Source: the human T2T-CHM13v2.0 reference genome, Homo sapiens
Length of the DNA: 64,000 nt
Assembly (NCBI RefSeq): GCF_009914755.1
Contig: NC_060926.1
Reading direction: 5' to 3' (one strand)
Shown here: positions 13,840 through 27,725 of the stretch, one piece after another
Layout: each line of letters starts with the position of its first letter
Numbering within the stretch: the first letter of the stretch is position 1
The notes under the pieces: generated by a model
What the model saw: the letters and a program-made list of their open reading frames with translations, nothing else
Databases searched by the model: none
Told to the model about the DNA's origin: nothing
Program-made: the position numbers and the translations under genes

Positions 13840-14160
13840 CTTCTGGAAGCCAAAAATAAGCTAGGTTCTTTTTCAGATTGGCATGAAGGTGTGAAGGTGG
13901 GTCTGAGATGAACTAAAACATTCCTCTTGGGTTTAGGAACAAAAACAAAGAGACTAATAAGAAATTAAGTTAAATAATTCATCGAGAGTATATGTTGGAC
14001 ATGAAATTTGCCTAGGTTGCAAAATCAAGGGATCAAAGCAAGATTATCTAAATTGCTAAAAGGTTAAAATAGCCCTTAGAGTAGAAAAACGCTTGAGAGT
14101 AAAAGGACATAGAGAACAAAATTTCTTGCCATAGGGGGAACTATATGTAGAACATCGTTA

Positions 14161-14605
<445 letters not shown>

Positions 14606-15119
14606 CTACATATATGGGAGGCAAGTAATTAATGACTTAGAAAGTAAGAAGTTGAAAATTCAAAAGTAAATAGAGAAGGAGGTGCATGGCACAAAGCAAT
14701 TTTGTTTTAGAAGTAATAAACTGACACATCGAGATCCAGACACTTCTCACTGTCTTTGCAAATATCAGAAAGAGGCTTCTGAGTCGATAAGAATGTTTGT
14801 TTATCTTGAACATGAGCCAAATAGTAGCAACAATTGGCAGAAGATTGTGCATGAAAAAGGAGGCTGGGGAATCAGGGACATATGTTTGTTGTGAGAAAAT
14901 GCTATTGCCCATGTACAGGGCCCTCTCCAGAGGGATCTGGATATCAGGGCAAATCTATCACACACACAATCCCTCCCCTATCATTTTTATACAGTTGAAC
15001 TTGGATTGAATTACATAACTTTTTCTTTAAAAGAAAAACAGAAAAGCAAGAGCCTCAAAAAAGCAGCTCATAATTTCAGAAAATGTGTCAGAGTGGTGGA
15101 GAATGTATGGATTGATTGT

Positions 15120-15305
15120 AATAATAATAAAGCTAATATTTCTTAAATAATATATGCCAAGCAATGTGCTAAACATGCTATATATGCATTGTTTCACTTC
15201 ATGAGCATAACAAACTTGTATATAAATTATAATAGTATCTTTATTTTGTGGAAATAAAGTATGAAGAAGTAAAAGCACTTTGCCCAATTATCAAACAGTT
15301 ATTAA
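15120..15305 (-). mobile_element. MIR fragment
   Basis: tatatgccaagcaatgtgctaaacatg...ctttgcccaattatcaaacag resembles antisense MIR. Confidence 0.6.
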
Positions 15306-17689
15306 AGATTTATGATATGACAATAACTATTGTAAGAATTTCTCATACTTTAGGTCATTTAATTCTTATTAGATGCTACCTTTGAGTAATATTGCTCCCA
15401 TTTAAAAGATCATAATACAAAATAGGTGAGTTTAGAAATCCAATTAGCACACCCTAGAGTCTGTATGTTTAACTTTTGAAATAGGCTGCTCATATTTTTT
15501 GCCCGTGAGCCTGACTGAAGAAGACATCCTCAGACCTTTGTGTGCCCATTAACCAGATCATGAATTTAAGACTCCTCCCATGGCAGTGACAACTACAGAG
15601 GTTGTCATATAGTGAAGAATAATGGAAGCAAAACATTGTAGCTAAATTATTATCTTTACATATTACCAACTTTTATAGTGGTGTAAAAATAACAATAGGT
15701 AAGTAAAGGGACGATTCATGTGTAGTTAACTGATTTCTATCTTAAAAAGTATAAAATTTATCCTAAAATATGACTATTAACTTTTTCCAAGACTATCATG
15801 CATGATATAAAATTATTTAGACTCCACTTTATAAAACATTTAGAAATATACTTTTCTTAATAGAAAGCCAGAAGGTGTGGTGCTCACATTGCATTTCTTT
15901 GTAAAATTTTCATCAATCTCCAAAAATATAAAATGTGGCGAGTTCTTCATTGTGTCAAAATTAAGTAGTGTGCAAATATAAACATATATAAATAAATAAT
16001 CCCCCTACACAACAGCTTTATGACAGCATCCAGTTCTCTAGATTAATTTATAATTTACTTCATGAAATCCAAAGACTTGAACTTACTGATGTAGTGTATC
16101 TCTCTATCTTTATATAGAATGATACAAAGTTGTGCTATGAATAACAACAACAACAAAATCACAGGAGATGAATGCAAGGACCTCTAGACATTTAGAGAAA
16201 TCAAAGTATCTTTAAAGTGTCTGCAAGGCAAATTTCAGAAGTGACAGATTTTATTTTAATCATTTATTTTTTGTTACACAACTTTTTAAACTATGGATGA
16301 CAATTACTCGTCTGGTTTAGTAACAAATTAATGAGTATCTGACTATTTAACAGATGTACTCTTCTGAGGATTCGTCTTATTAAAATAGTCAGATGTTGAT
16401 ATAGAGCTATAAAATCATTAACTATAATTTCAGGCCTAAGATCAGTACTTGTGACATTGTACCTGTACATTGAAGTTTACCTAGGATTTACCAACATCCT
16501 GAAGATTTCTGCAACAGATACTCTATAAATTTTTTCCCTTGTTTATATCAAAACTAAAACTTTTTCTGACAACAGAAAAATAATATAGTGGAAATTCAGA
16601 TACAGGGCAAAAGCATGCTTCACTCAATCATTTATTTTCCCTGTTCTGGAAGACTGATTAATATATTTATAGTCCCCGATAAAAGCCTACTCTCCACCTA
16701 TGTCCTCCTAGATATAAGTGAATAGTTAACAAATACCATTAAGTGAAATTCATCAATACACTAGCCAGTCTTCCTGCCTCGTTGCTCATTGAAGAATGAG
16801 TTACTATGGGAACAGTGGCAGATTTGTGAAGAGCCCAGTAAAAATATTACACTTTAACAGGGATTCCTAGCACTTCATCCCTGAGAACATGTTGGCTTAA
16901 AATCTGACATTTTCAGAAGCAAAACATTTAAAAAGTCATCTAAAAGCTGTGCTTTAAAGACATATTTTTCATCATTTTTTAAAAAAGAAAACAGCTCTCA
17001 TTCAGAAGGCTACAAAATTCTAATTGACGTGTGTCATATTCATATAGATATTTTGGTACACATTTAATTTGACAAGAGTGCAAAATGAATTTATCTATGG
17101 AAAACCTATTAAGATGGAGTCAATTACAAACAACAATAAACTTTTTTAGAACTAATACCTAATTAAAATAAAAAAGAATAAGCAGTGCAGCCGGTTGTTT
17201 TGTTTGTCCGTGATAGCAACTGGCTTGATCACAAGGGATTCTCACTTCAAATGTTTGAAGCCTCTATCTACATCTTGACAACTATTATCTTGGGTTCCTC
17301 CCTTTTATAACATTCTACTTTTACTAAGTCTTTTTTTTTTCTCATAAAGATATCTGTACCTGAAATAATTAATCCACAGAGCTATTCAGTATCAACAATA
17401 TACTTTGCAATTTATTGTTTCCAAATGATCACACTTCCCAAATGGTCAAGAATGAAGTAAAAAGCTGAAACAAGTAATTAAACATTTTCTTTAAAAAATG
17501 TGAAACAAATGGCTTCTATTAATACACACTCCAACAATAGTTTTGGTATTTTGTGTCAGTGTTGATAAATATTACAAATACAAAATGTATCAGAGTCTGT
17601 TAAGTTTCAATGTCCTGTGTTCCTTTTTTCACAGTGTGGATATCAATTTGTCCAGAAAATACTAGGAAAAATTCCCCTTTCTTCACTGT

Positions 17690-17766
17690 TGAATTCCAAG
17701 TGTCTAGCAGAGTACTTGATACATAAGTGATGTCAATAAGTATTAACTAAATGGATGAATAAATAA
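17690..17766 (+). mobile_element. L2 3' end
   Basis: ccaagtgtctagcagagtacttgatacataagtg...aaatggatgaataaat resembles the L2 3' terminus. Confidence 0.65.
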
Positions 17767-19191
17767 GCGTTCTCATTAGGTAGAAGAAATTGAAGAGAAA
17801 TAAACAGAAATGAGTAATTGTTTAGTGCCCACTTATGTGATGTCAGGTGTTATGTTTTATGTTGTCCATCTTACCTGTTCTCAAAAACTATTCAAGAGAG
17901 TTGGGGAAGAATAAAATGAATTGCTTAATTAATTGTTAGCAATCAAAATTCAATATCTCATTTTTCATAAAGCAACAACAGAGAAAATTTTATTTTCATT
18001 TCTAATTTTTTCACTTTTAATTACTGCATTTAGAAAGGTATCCTTGCCTGGCATAAATGTTTTTTAATGACTATTAAAACCTTATTTATAACTACTGTCA
18101 CCGTTATACTAATTTGTGTAGCATTTGAGTATCAGAACCAATGATAAATATTTTGTCAGATAAGGGAAAATGCCCCATGGATTTGCAAAGGTTGTTATCT
18201 TTTGAGGTAATTATGACATATAAGAAGGCATTTGAGCAGTTGATAAAAAGAGAATTGTAATTATAATTATTGACTGACTTTTCTGTTCCTCTAAAAATGA
18301 AAAAGTGAGAGTAAATGACAAAAGGTTCTTTCTTTCCAGTAATCTCAACTAAACATACATCTTCAAGTATTGTTTTCCTAGACTAACAGCAAAATGAACA
18401 AAGGTGTTTTGATTTTGGAGCCCAGAGGGCTTAATTCTCATGTAAATTGATTTCCATTGTTTCTCCTATTGAGAATCTGTGTCTCCATACAGTACTCTTC
18501 CATGATTTAATTAACAAGTATTAATTAAATGTATCCAGAGTTTATTCAAGGATAGTATATTCTAGCAACATTTACAATCTATTTGAAATCCTTTTTTACA
18601 TTGCTGCTGGTTCTGAAAAACAAGATCTGCCACCATGTCAGGGACCTGAGCAATGAAATAACATGAAAACTAGTTTTCCTTGATTTATGGAATGAATGAG
18701 ACCAACAGTGCTAAAGACATCCATTTTTTTTAACGACCTTAGATTGAGCTGTGATTCTCTCTGAACTTGTTTCAGGTGCCCCTCCAACTGCACTTAAATC
18801 TGGTTCAATATTCTTACCTCTGACTTTGACTTTATAAAAAAAATTGGGTTCTAGGATATCCTGTGAAGGCTGACTAGTGAAATATGTACACATATTTTCT
18901 TTAAAAGTTTCATATTTATTATGGAAAAAAACGGCACTTATTTTTCACCAGTGTGGTTTCAGTTTACTGCAATTCAACAAATATCCTCTAGTACTTCTGC
19001 TAGGCAGGCAGTATTCAAAGACAAAAGAGGCCAGACCAATGACTTCCAAGAGCTTATTTAGTTTTAACACTATCCATGTTGGTAGCTCCTTATATTTTAC
19101 TCATCAGGCAAGACCATTGATTGGTAGTTTTATTGATGTGTGGATTGCACTATTTCCCAACGAGTTCAGCTTCATCATATGTCAATTGAGT

Positions 19192-19297
19192 TAAAGTGTA
19201 AGATCCTTGGGAATTGTGTTTACTCACCTTTTAATCTGAGTGCCTAGCAGAGGGCCTGTCATATAGTAAGTATGAATACACATGAGTTGAACAAATG
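19192..19297 (+). mobile_element. L2 3' end
   Basis: tgtaagatccttggg...agtgcctagcagagggcctgtcatatagtaagt...gttgaacaaatg. Confidence 0.65.
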
Positions 19298-20775
19298 TCT
19301 TTTGTGGAATAAGACATGATTCTTTCTGCAGGTGTTATCATTCACAGGGAGGAGAAATCAAAGCATTCACAAAATACAGGTGGCTATGTCTTCCCTTTCA
19401 GGATTTTAATGTGGTTTTCATTAACAATATAAGCATTCTAAAAACTTGTTTCTATTTATTTTTGAAAGTTTCTTCTATTTCATTGCCTAAACTATTCTTC
19501 TTTGGTTTCTTCCTGCTCAAATTGTTTGATGATGTGAATTGGTGAGTATTAATCATCCACCCTAGAAGTTCTTCTCACTGCTTACACATGTAATCAATAG
19601 TAGAAGGAGAAACTCTATGTTGTCATGTTGGAATAGCTTTCAAAATACCAAGGAAAGAGTTCAGAAACAGAAACACTCAACAAGTCTGCCTGGCCAGCAA
19701 GATAAGCAATGACTTTATACTCCCTAGCACGAATTAAAACATTAATTCCAACAGCTTTGTTGTAACAGTGGTTTATCACAAATCCTCAGTGTTCAATTTT
19801 TCAGCATTTGCCAAATGTACTGCCTAGACATATGGTAATGATTCACTTTGAATATTCAAATGCTTGATCTTTCTATTGCATTTTAAAATTCATATAGTAA
19901 CAAAATAATTTTGGTTTCCTTTGGCAGTTTTACTATCCTCATGAAATGTTTCTTTAGGGATCTTTATACTTCTTATTTTGAGAGAAATGGCCTTCTCTAT
20001 GAACATGTATCTGCTGGTTATTACAGAGATACAAAACATGAAACAGCATGTTTTGGCACCTATGAAGAACAAAATCTAAAAAACAAAATATCTGTTGGAT
20101 GCATACACATTTTCTGTTATTTCATTTGGAAGAAAAATTGGCTCTTTTATTGTTCAAGATAGTCTCCACATGAGTTATGTAATCTCCACTTCTCCACATA
20201 AGTTATATAATCTCCACTTAAAATTTGCCAACAGCAATAAATTTGGTTAGAACAAAATATCTTGGTTAAAAATATTCAAAGTCATTTAAATGAAATTTGC
20301 TAATCTCAAATGCTATAGACTTTAAGTTCTTTATTCTAATGTTTGGAGAGGATTTATAAGCCCGTCTTTAAGGATCAATCCTTATTCAATTTTGTTATTT
20401 TTCAACATGAATAACCAAAGGACTTAGAATTCTAAGAAATGATGTTGGGATATGAGTAGCAGACGGGTGATCTATCAAAACGCCTTCTAACTCAGAATAT
20501 TTGACTTGATGACCAGACTGAGTTGATAACATATTTCAAACATAGATTCAGAAACAATTTTGCAACTTCTAAGTGTGTGGTATAAGAAGAAAAACAGTGA
20601 AACCCACAAGCCTTAACCATAGTTTTCACAATGGATAGGACCTATTTGTTGGACATTTTTAAAAGAAATGTAATATTAAGCCATAATTTAATTATGATTA
20701 TACTGCCATAAATATAGCTGTTTTACTTATATTGTCTTATTCAAACTATCCAATTGCATAATTTCCAACTTTTTA

Positions 20776-21153
<378 letters not shown>

Positions 21154-22279
21154 TTACAATAATTTTTTTAATTCTCTACTTTGTAGTTAAATCATTTTTT
21201 TCCATGTTTATTGGTTTGTTTAAATTTGGTTCCACATAGCATATTTTTTGTATCAGCCACATAGAGGGGATACTCACCCAACCCATCCAACGCACCATAC
21301 GCTCATAGTTGAGGAAAATGGTGCAGGAGTCCATGTGAAGAATAAGCCATGTGTCATTCATAGTATTCAAATTACTGGATTGCCTGGAAGAGTCAGCTAA
21401 GTGAAGCTGAGGATTGAGAAAAAAAATGATCTAGAGAATCACTTCAAATAATTGTCAATGGTGGTTTAAGATGAGCATCTTTATCTTTTATGAAGAAAAA
21501 CACTTACGAAAGTGATAAAGTCCTAACCTTCTGCTTTGATAAGAAATTATATTGATAAAATAATTTACCAAAAATAAAGATGAAAGGTGTATTTTATAAG
21601 TAAGTGAAAAACAGTAACATTGGTACATGAGATGAGAAAATTGGCACAAAAAAATCTCAATTTCTCCATTTTAACCAATGAAAACTTGAATTAAGTGATC
21701 ACTAAGGAGGTCCCCTGTTACTTTAAGATTTCATGAGAGTATATAAGTTATCAAAGAAGCATAATTTTATAAATCACAGAGGTTACAAAGGTATCAGTAA
21801 CCTATGGTAGCACCTGACTTTTCTTCTACATTAACAATGGTGGTACATCAAGACGGTTAGGAGAAGGTGAAACAAACAAACAAAAACAGTTAGCAAAGAT
21901 GATCAAGGGGTTAAATGATTGAGAACTTGTCAGTCACTAAGGTCCCAGAGTTAACTAAGCCCAAGTGATTAAAAATTCCATGATATAATTACAGGTTGTA
22001 GTGTTAAGTATTTGGGCCAAAAAGTAAAAAGAATCCAAATGCTGCCTACCCTCACTAACTAACTAGAGACAGACAGAAGCATTTTTTTTCCATAGTAGCT
22101 TTGTAACATGGGTGCCAAGCAATTATGTATAACTTAATTTTCAAGCTCACAATCATCAGTGTTATTATTCACAGAAACAGCTTCCTAGCGGATAAAAAAT
22201 TATATAGAATCTTGGAAAAATGAAAATGTTTAGAAAGACTTGTTTTTAAAAGTCTATTGTTAGCTTTTTCTCTCTTACT

Positions 22280-22690
22280 CGCTTACTCTCTCCGTCTCCC
22301 ACTTTCTCTCTTTCTCTGCGCCATGTTATTGAGTGAATGCCAACTACATGCTAGGATATGAGCTCTTTGGATGACCTAGTTAAAATCGGCTTGTACTTCG
22401 TCAGTTCAAAATCAAAGACCCGAGAGGCTGAGTGCGGACTCTGGAGGTCGTTTATCTCAGACCCCTGCCTTGAGGAGTCACTGTTCTAACCCATCCTAGA
22501 CTGAGGTTGGACGAGTCATTTCCAAAGGACCCCAGGGTGCTATAGAAGCTGTGTTGCTGACTCAGTTCTCTGCATTCTCCTTCGCAGTCAGGATCCAATC
22601 AAAGTTCCTGAGAGGTGGAAAGGCCACCGCACGTTTAGATGTTCTGTCTTTCAAACGTACTCGAAATGAGTTTCTCACAATGAGCGGCCA
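22280..22690. promoter_or_regulatory. Candidate regulatory element: CpG-retaining patch with MARE/AP-1 motif
   Basis: 15 CpGs counted in about 410 bp; TGCTGACTCAG at 22555-22565. Function is inferred, not shown. Confidence 0.35.
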
Positions 22691-24025
22691 CTTAAAACTT
22701 CCTAGGCTATCTGAAAATGACAGAGATTTAACTGTTTCTTTAAAGAACTAAACTTCACTTGATATATTGAGTCTTCTTTCTGTTCCTTAGAACAGTCAGT
22801 TAACTTACCAATCTTCCATTTTCTCTTCATGTTGGGCATTTAGTGGATACCTGGGTGTCATTTAGTCATTTATTTCCCAGGGTAGTGAGGACTGTAGTGC
22901 AGATAAGTGAGTTGTTTGTGAATTTGTCATAAAATTTACAGGAGGACAAAAATGTATTTTATTTAAATATTTTAGGGAATTAAAAATAAAGGACATCTCT
23001 GATTCATATGGAAGAGAAACTGGGTCAAATATTGGCAAGTGATATCTTTCTCTTTTCACATGCAAATTTGCACTGCGAACTTTAAATTCAGTTAATGCTC
23101 ATGATTATAGGAAGGTCATGAGTAGACCTTGAATTTAGGATATGTCTAAATTACTGTGGTTTCAAGACCATTTATTAATTGTAGATGTCCTGGATATATT
23201 CTATTCTCCTAGGATCCAGCACTGGTGACTTGGTTTTTGGCCACAGATTTCTATATTAATTACATTTTGAAAGATTTTACATTTATATGTATGTGCCTTT
23301 TTCCTGCTTTTCTGAAGCATCTTATAAGAAACATCTTTGCACTTCTGATATTCCATCACAGACCGACTCTACCTCCAAATCCAGGAATTCAGGTCACAGT
23401 CACCAATAGATGCCATGGACCTCAAGAGGAGCCACAGAAAGACTCGTTATGAGTTCTTCATCAATCCCATGAGATTACTAATAAAATAATTCTAAGTGCT
23501 TGCTCAGAGGATAGGGGCTCCTCTTCCTTTTTAAAACTCAGGAATAAAACATGGTCCTCCCAATTTAAGAGTAATGCCAATGATGATAGTGTATGAAATC
23601 AGACAGATCTTACATGAGAGGCGAACTTCTAGCTATGTGTCTTTGCTGCATATATATCCAATGATCCCCTACTAATACATTAAAAGAAGAAAAATATGAC
23701 TCTAAAACAAACATTTAGAATCTACCTAACATAAAAAATGAATCAATAAAACATGAATTTCATGGTATCTTCTTAGAACTCAGGCCAGAGAGCCTCCCTG
23801 GAAGGAAATACCTGTAACTCATTCATGTATGAGAATTCAAGGAATCTATTTAACCTACCTTTCTGAAATTTGGGGGCTTATCTGTAGCCTGTTTGCCTTC
23901 CATTTCTAAGAGGTTTTAAAGATTTAGTACATTATAGAGGTAGATTTCAAATCAGTGGATAAAGGGTGACATAAATAAATGTTTAACTTCTTTACAAAAT
24001 AATACAGTATTTGTATTATATATCT

Positions 24026-24224
24026 TAGGGGTCAGCAAATTTCTTTTTGTAAAAGACCAGATAGCAAACAGTTTGGGGTTCGTAGATCTCTGTCACTCTT
24101 TTCAACTCTGTCATTGTATTGTGAAAGTAGCCATAAACAATACATAAGTAAACTATTTGTCATGGCCAAATTTGGCTTGCTGGAAAACATATTTGGCCCA
24201 TGGGCTCTAGTATTCCAACCTCTG
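24026..24224. mobile_element. MER58A-like hAT-Charlie MITE
   Basis: TIR-like ends taggggtcagcaaa ... ttccaacctctg; about 200 bp. Confidence 0.75.
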
Positions 24225-24422
24225 CCTTAGACCACAAAATTTCAAGAAATATAAAGATTTAAATGTAAAATAATAAAACAATAAAAGTACTAGAAGAAAA
24301 CATAAGGGAAAAGTAGTCTAATGTTGATGACAAAATATATTATTAATTATAATCTCAAAACAACTGATAAACTTGACTACATATAATTTTAAAAATAACA
24401 AAAGTATGAATAAACACTAAAA

Positions 24423-24578
24423 GGCTGGGCATGATGGCACATACCTGTAATCCTGGCTACTCAGGTGGCTGAGGCAGGAGGATCACTTGAGCCCAGGAGT
24501 TTGAGGCTGCAGTGAGCTAAATTCACAGCATTGCACTCTAGCCTGGGTGGCAGACCGAGATTCCCCCCCGAAAAAAAA
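24423..24578 (+). mobile_element. FRAM/Alu right monomer
   Basis: ggctgggcatgatggcacatacctgtaatcc...gaggctgcagtgagc...short A tail. Confidence 0.85.
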
Positions 24579-24615
24579 TTGATAGAAAAATATATTTGCA
24601 ATCCGTACCATAGAT

Positions 24616-24954
24616 CAGGGGTTCCCAACCCCCAGGCCACAGACTAGTACTGGTTTGTGACCTGCTAGGAATTGGGCCGCACAACAGGAGGTGAGTGGTG
24701 GGTGAGGGAGCATTATCACCTAAGCTCCACCCCCTGTCAGATCAGCAGCTGCATTAGATACTCATAGGAGTGTGAACCTTGTGGCAAACTGCATATGTGA
24801 GGGATCTAGATTGTGTGTTTCTTATGAGAATCTGATGCCTGATTATCTGAGGTGGTACAGTTTCATCCCAAAGCCATCCCCTACAACCCTGATCCATGGA
24901 AAAATTATCTTTCATGAAATCAATCTCTGGTGCCATAAAGTTTGGGGACTGCTT
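24616..24954 (+). mobile_element. MER1B hAT-Charlie MITE
   Basis: caggggttcccaaccccc ... tttggggactgct; 8-bp TSD ccatagat/ccatggac (6 of 8 match). Confidence 0.88.
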
Positions 24955-26979
24955 CCATGGACAATAGACAGATACTTTTACTTCATGAAAAACCCTCCTC
25001 TAAAACAATGGGCAAAAGGTATGAAAAGATCGCTCAGAGAACACAAATATAAATGGATCTTAAACATATGACCCATACTCTCAGCCTCATTCCTAGTAGG
25101 AAAATTTAAAATTAAAATGACCATGACTTACCATTTTTCATCCTTAAGATTAGCAAAGATTAAAAAGTTTGATAGTACATTATATTCATGGAGGTGAATA
25201 GGAACTGGAACTCTTCAATTTTCGCATAAATCAATGTATATTCTATGAAGGTCAATCAATTTTTTATTTAACCTTACATGAAAATATTTAAAATAATGGG
25301 CAGTTGAGATATATAGATTTCCATTGACACTTTGAAACGTGTTTGGGTTTAACTTTAAAATTCAATTGATGAAAATCTAATGCAGCAATAAAAATTTTTC
25401 TGTGGATTAATGCGTAAAGCACCCACAGGAAATTTATCCTCACTTCACCGTAAGTCATTGCAATTTCACGTAGATACAAATTTTGAAAGTATTGTCACAC
25501 CTATTATTTAGATGTTTTGTGACCTGACTTTTAAATTACAGCTTTGCAGAACTCTTTGGCATCACCTAAAGACAGTGGCATATTATCTGTATTTCTTGTA
25601 GTGTTGGTTAATTCGTAAAGACTTTCTAATTTTCAAAGTATTTTTGACTATGAATGCTCCAGGTGTGTTTCTGTATTTGAATTTCTTGTGCATTTCCACT
25701 TTTTTCAACAATTTTATAATTTCTGATAATCCTGCCCATGATTCATATTCATAAAAATCCCTGACTAGTCACTTTTAACTCATTGTGATCACAAAGCCTT
25801 GGTTGGCATTCTTCGAGAGAGTTTGTACAATTATCTTGATCTCACCACCTTCATATTGTTGTATTAATATTGAAGTGAAGAAAAATTTCCACAGAAATTT
25901 CAGATAGTGAAGACTGGGGAAGGTTGGAGCTAAAAGCAAATGTTCTTGCTTTATACAATAGGAATGTAGGATCCTAACAGGCAATCCATCTTCGATCATG
26001 TTTTTAGCACTGAAATGATCAGATAAATCATATGATTCAGAAACTTAGATGTGTGAAGGCTGGATTCAAGGCCTAAGAGATTATAAGCAAAAAGTTTAAC
26101 TAGAAGGCTATTATAATAGTCCATAGGGAATGAAGGATTCAAAAATAGGAGTGAAGAATCAGGAAATTGTTAAATTAATGCATAAGGCCATGTCAGTGTG
26201 GAGGAAGGAGTGTTTACCGGGGGTTTTACTTTGCCGACTCATTCTAATATCTCTTATATTAGGGTAACTGTACTTACTTTTTGCAGGAATTTTAAGCACA
26301 TTTCTCATCTTGTTTGAATAACATAGCTGTCATCTGCTTAGCACCATGACCCTTTACTATGATAAAAAATTGTAAGCATTAATGTCACATGCTTGTCTAC
26401 AGCTAGTAATCTATTTCTGCTAATTCATCGGTGATCCCATATTTCAGGTAGGTTTTTCACTTTGAAGCCTTATCATTTATACTTTCCATTGGAAAATAAG
26501 AGTTTTTACTAATCTTTTAATGAAGATGTCATTGCAAACTGCACAAATGCTACTTGAAACATATGGAAGCTTTGTGGTCTTTGGGAATAAATGGTTTTCA
26601 GCAAATAATGAAACAAAATCTTTCATCTGGATGAGATATATTGCATAAATGAAGCTGGTTGAACAAATAGACATTGCTGATATTTTTCACTTCACTAATT
26701 AGAATAGACACCGGCAACCAGTCCAGTACTCTTCTTATAGTTGCCTAAGCCAACTGGACAGTCCGAATACAAGTAATGGTTTATTTTCTTCCAACTGTAT
26801 AAATTGGTCAGGTTTGCAAGAGTGGGTTTTTTATCCCCAGAGATGCTGAATGGTTAGTGGGGTTGATGTATAAGTAATAGAAGGTCTAGTTGACAGATTC
26901 ACACTGATTTCTGTGATTCTTTGATCTGAATATGATATTCAGTGTGACCAACCAGAGCCATCATAAAAGGGAAGTTACA

Positions 26980-27210
26980 GGTCAGGACTCTGGGGCCAGA
27001 CTCCCAGGTTTTAAAGTAACTTCCTCAGTTGAAGTTTAGTTGACTGTGGACAAGTTATTTAATTTCTCAATGTCTCAATTTTTCTCACATGCAAATTGTG
27101 AATGAAAATATTACCTCATGTGGTGTAATATGAATATTAAGCAAGTAAAATACATATGAAGTGCTTAGAATATGTCATAGCCCAATAGTAAGCATTTAAT
27201 AGATGTAGTA
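26980..27210 (+). mobile_element. MIR
   Basis: Core gactgtggacaagttatttaatttctcaatgtctcaatttttctcacatgcaaa and 3' gtgcttagaa...tagtaagcatttaatagatg. Confidence 0.75.
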
Positions 27211-27702
27211 ATTGCTGATATTAGTTCTACCTGGTGACAGAATTGATGGTGGTGATTAGACAGATTGCTAACTTTTGAGATTAACATGTTACTTTCAGAA
27301 AAATACCACAATTCCTGGAAATGTCTAGTTCAGGTCAGCTAAGAAGTTCATCTTATTAGGACATTTTGGTTAAAATTTCCCTCTAGGAAATAAAACTGAG
27401 CTTATAATGCAAGGACCACCTTGGGGAAAAAGGTCATTTACTTTAGGAGCGAAGATGTTCATATCTTCTAAGACGTTTTTCATCCCACTTTACAAAAGCT
27501 TTTTGTTCTTATTTTGCTACATGAACCCCGAATACAGAATTTTTTCTTTGTTGCGACTGTACTCAGCTGGTCACTCACCAGCTCAAACCAAAGATGGATT
27601 CTGACTGCTCAGAAAATATATTGAATAGGAAGACCAGAAACCAAATAATATTTTGACCCTTTTCTTCACATAATTCTTCGTAATAAGTAGTTCATTTCTT
27701 CT

Positions 27703-27725
27703 AAAAAAAAAAAAAAAAAAAAAAA
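27703..27725. repeat. Poly-A tract (about 23 nt)
   Basis: Seen directly; no adjacent retroelement body recognised. Confidence 0.9.

Larger units (their letters stand above)
24230..25260 (+). mobile_element. Old L1ME-like ORF2 3' fragments, interrupted by a FRAM and MER1B
   Basis: aaagatttaaatgtaaaa...aagtactagaagaaaacata; aaacaatgggcaaaaggtatgaa; agattagcaaagattaaaaagtttgata. Confidence 0.65.
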
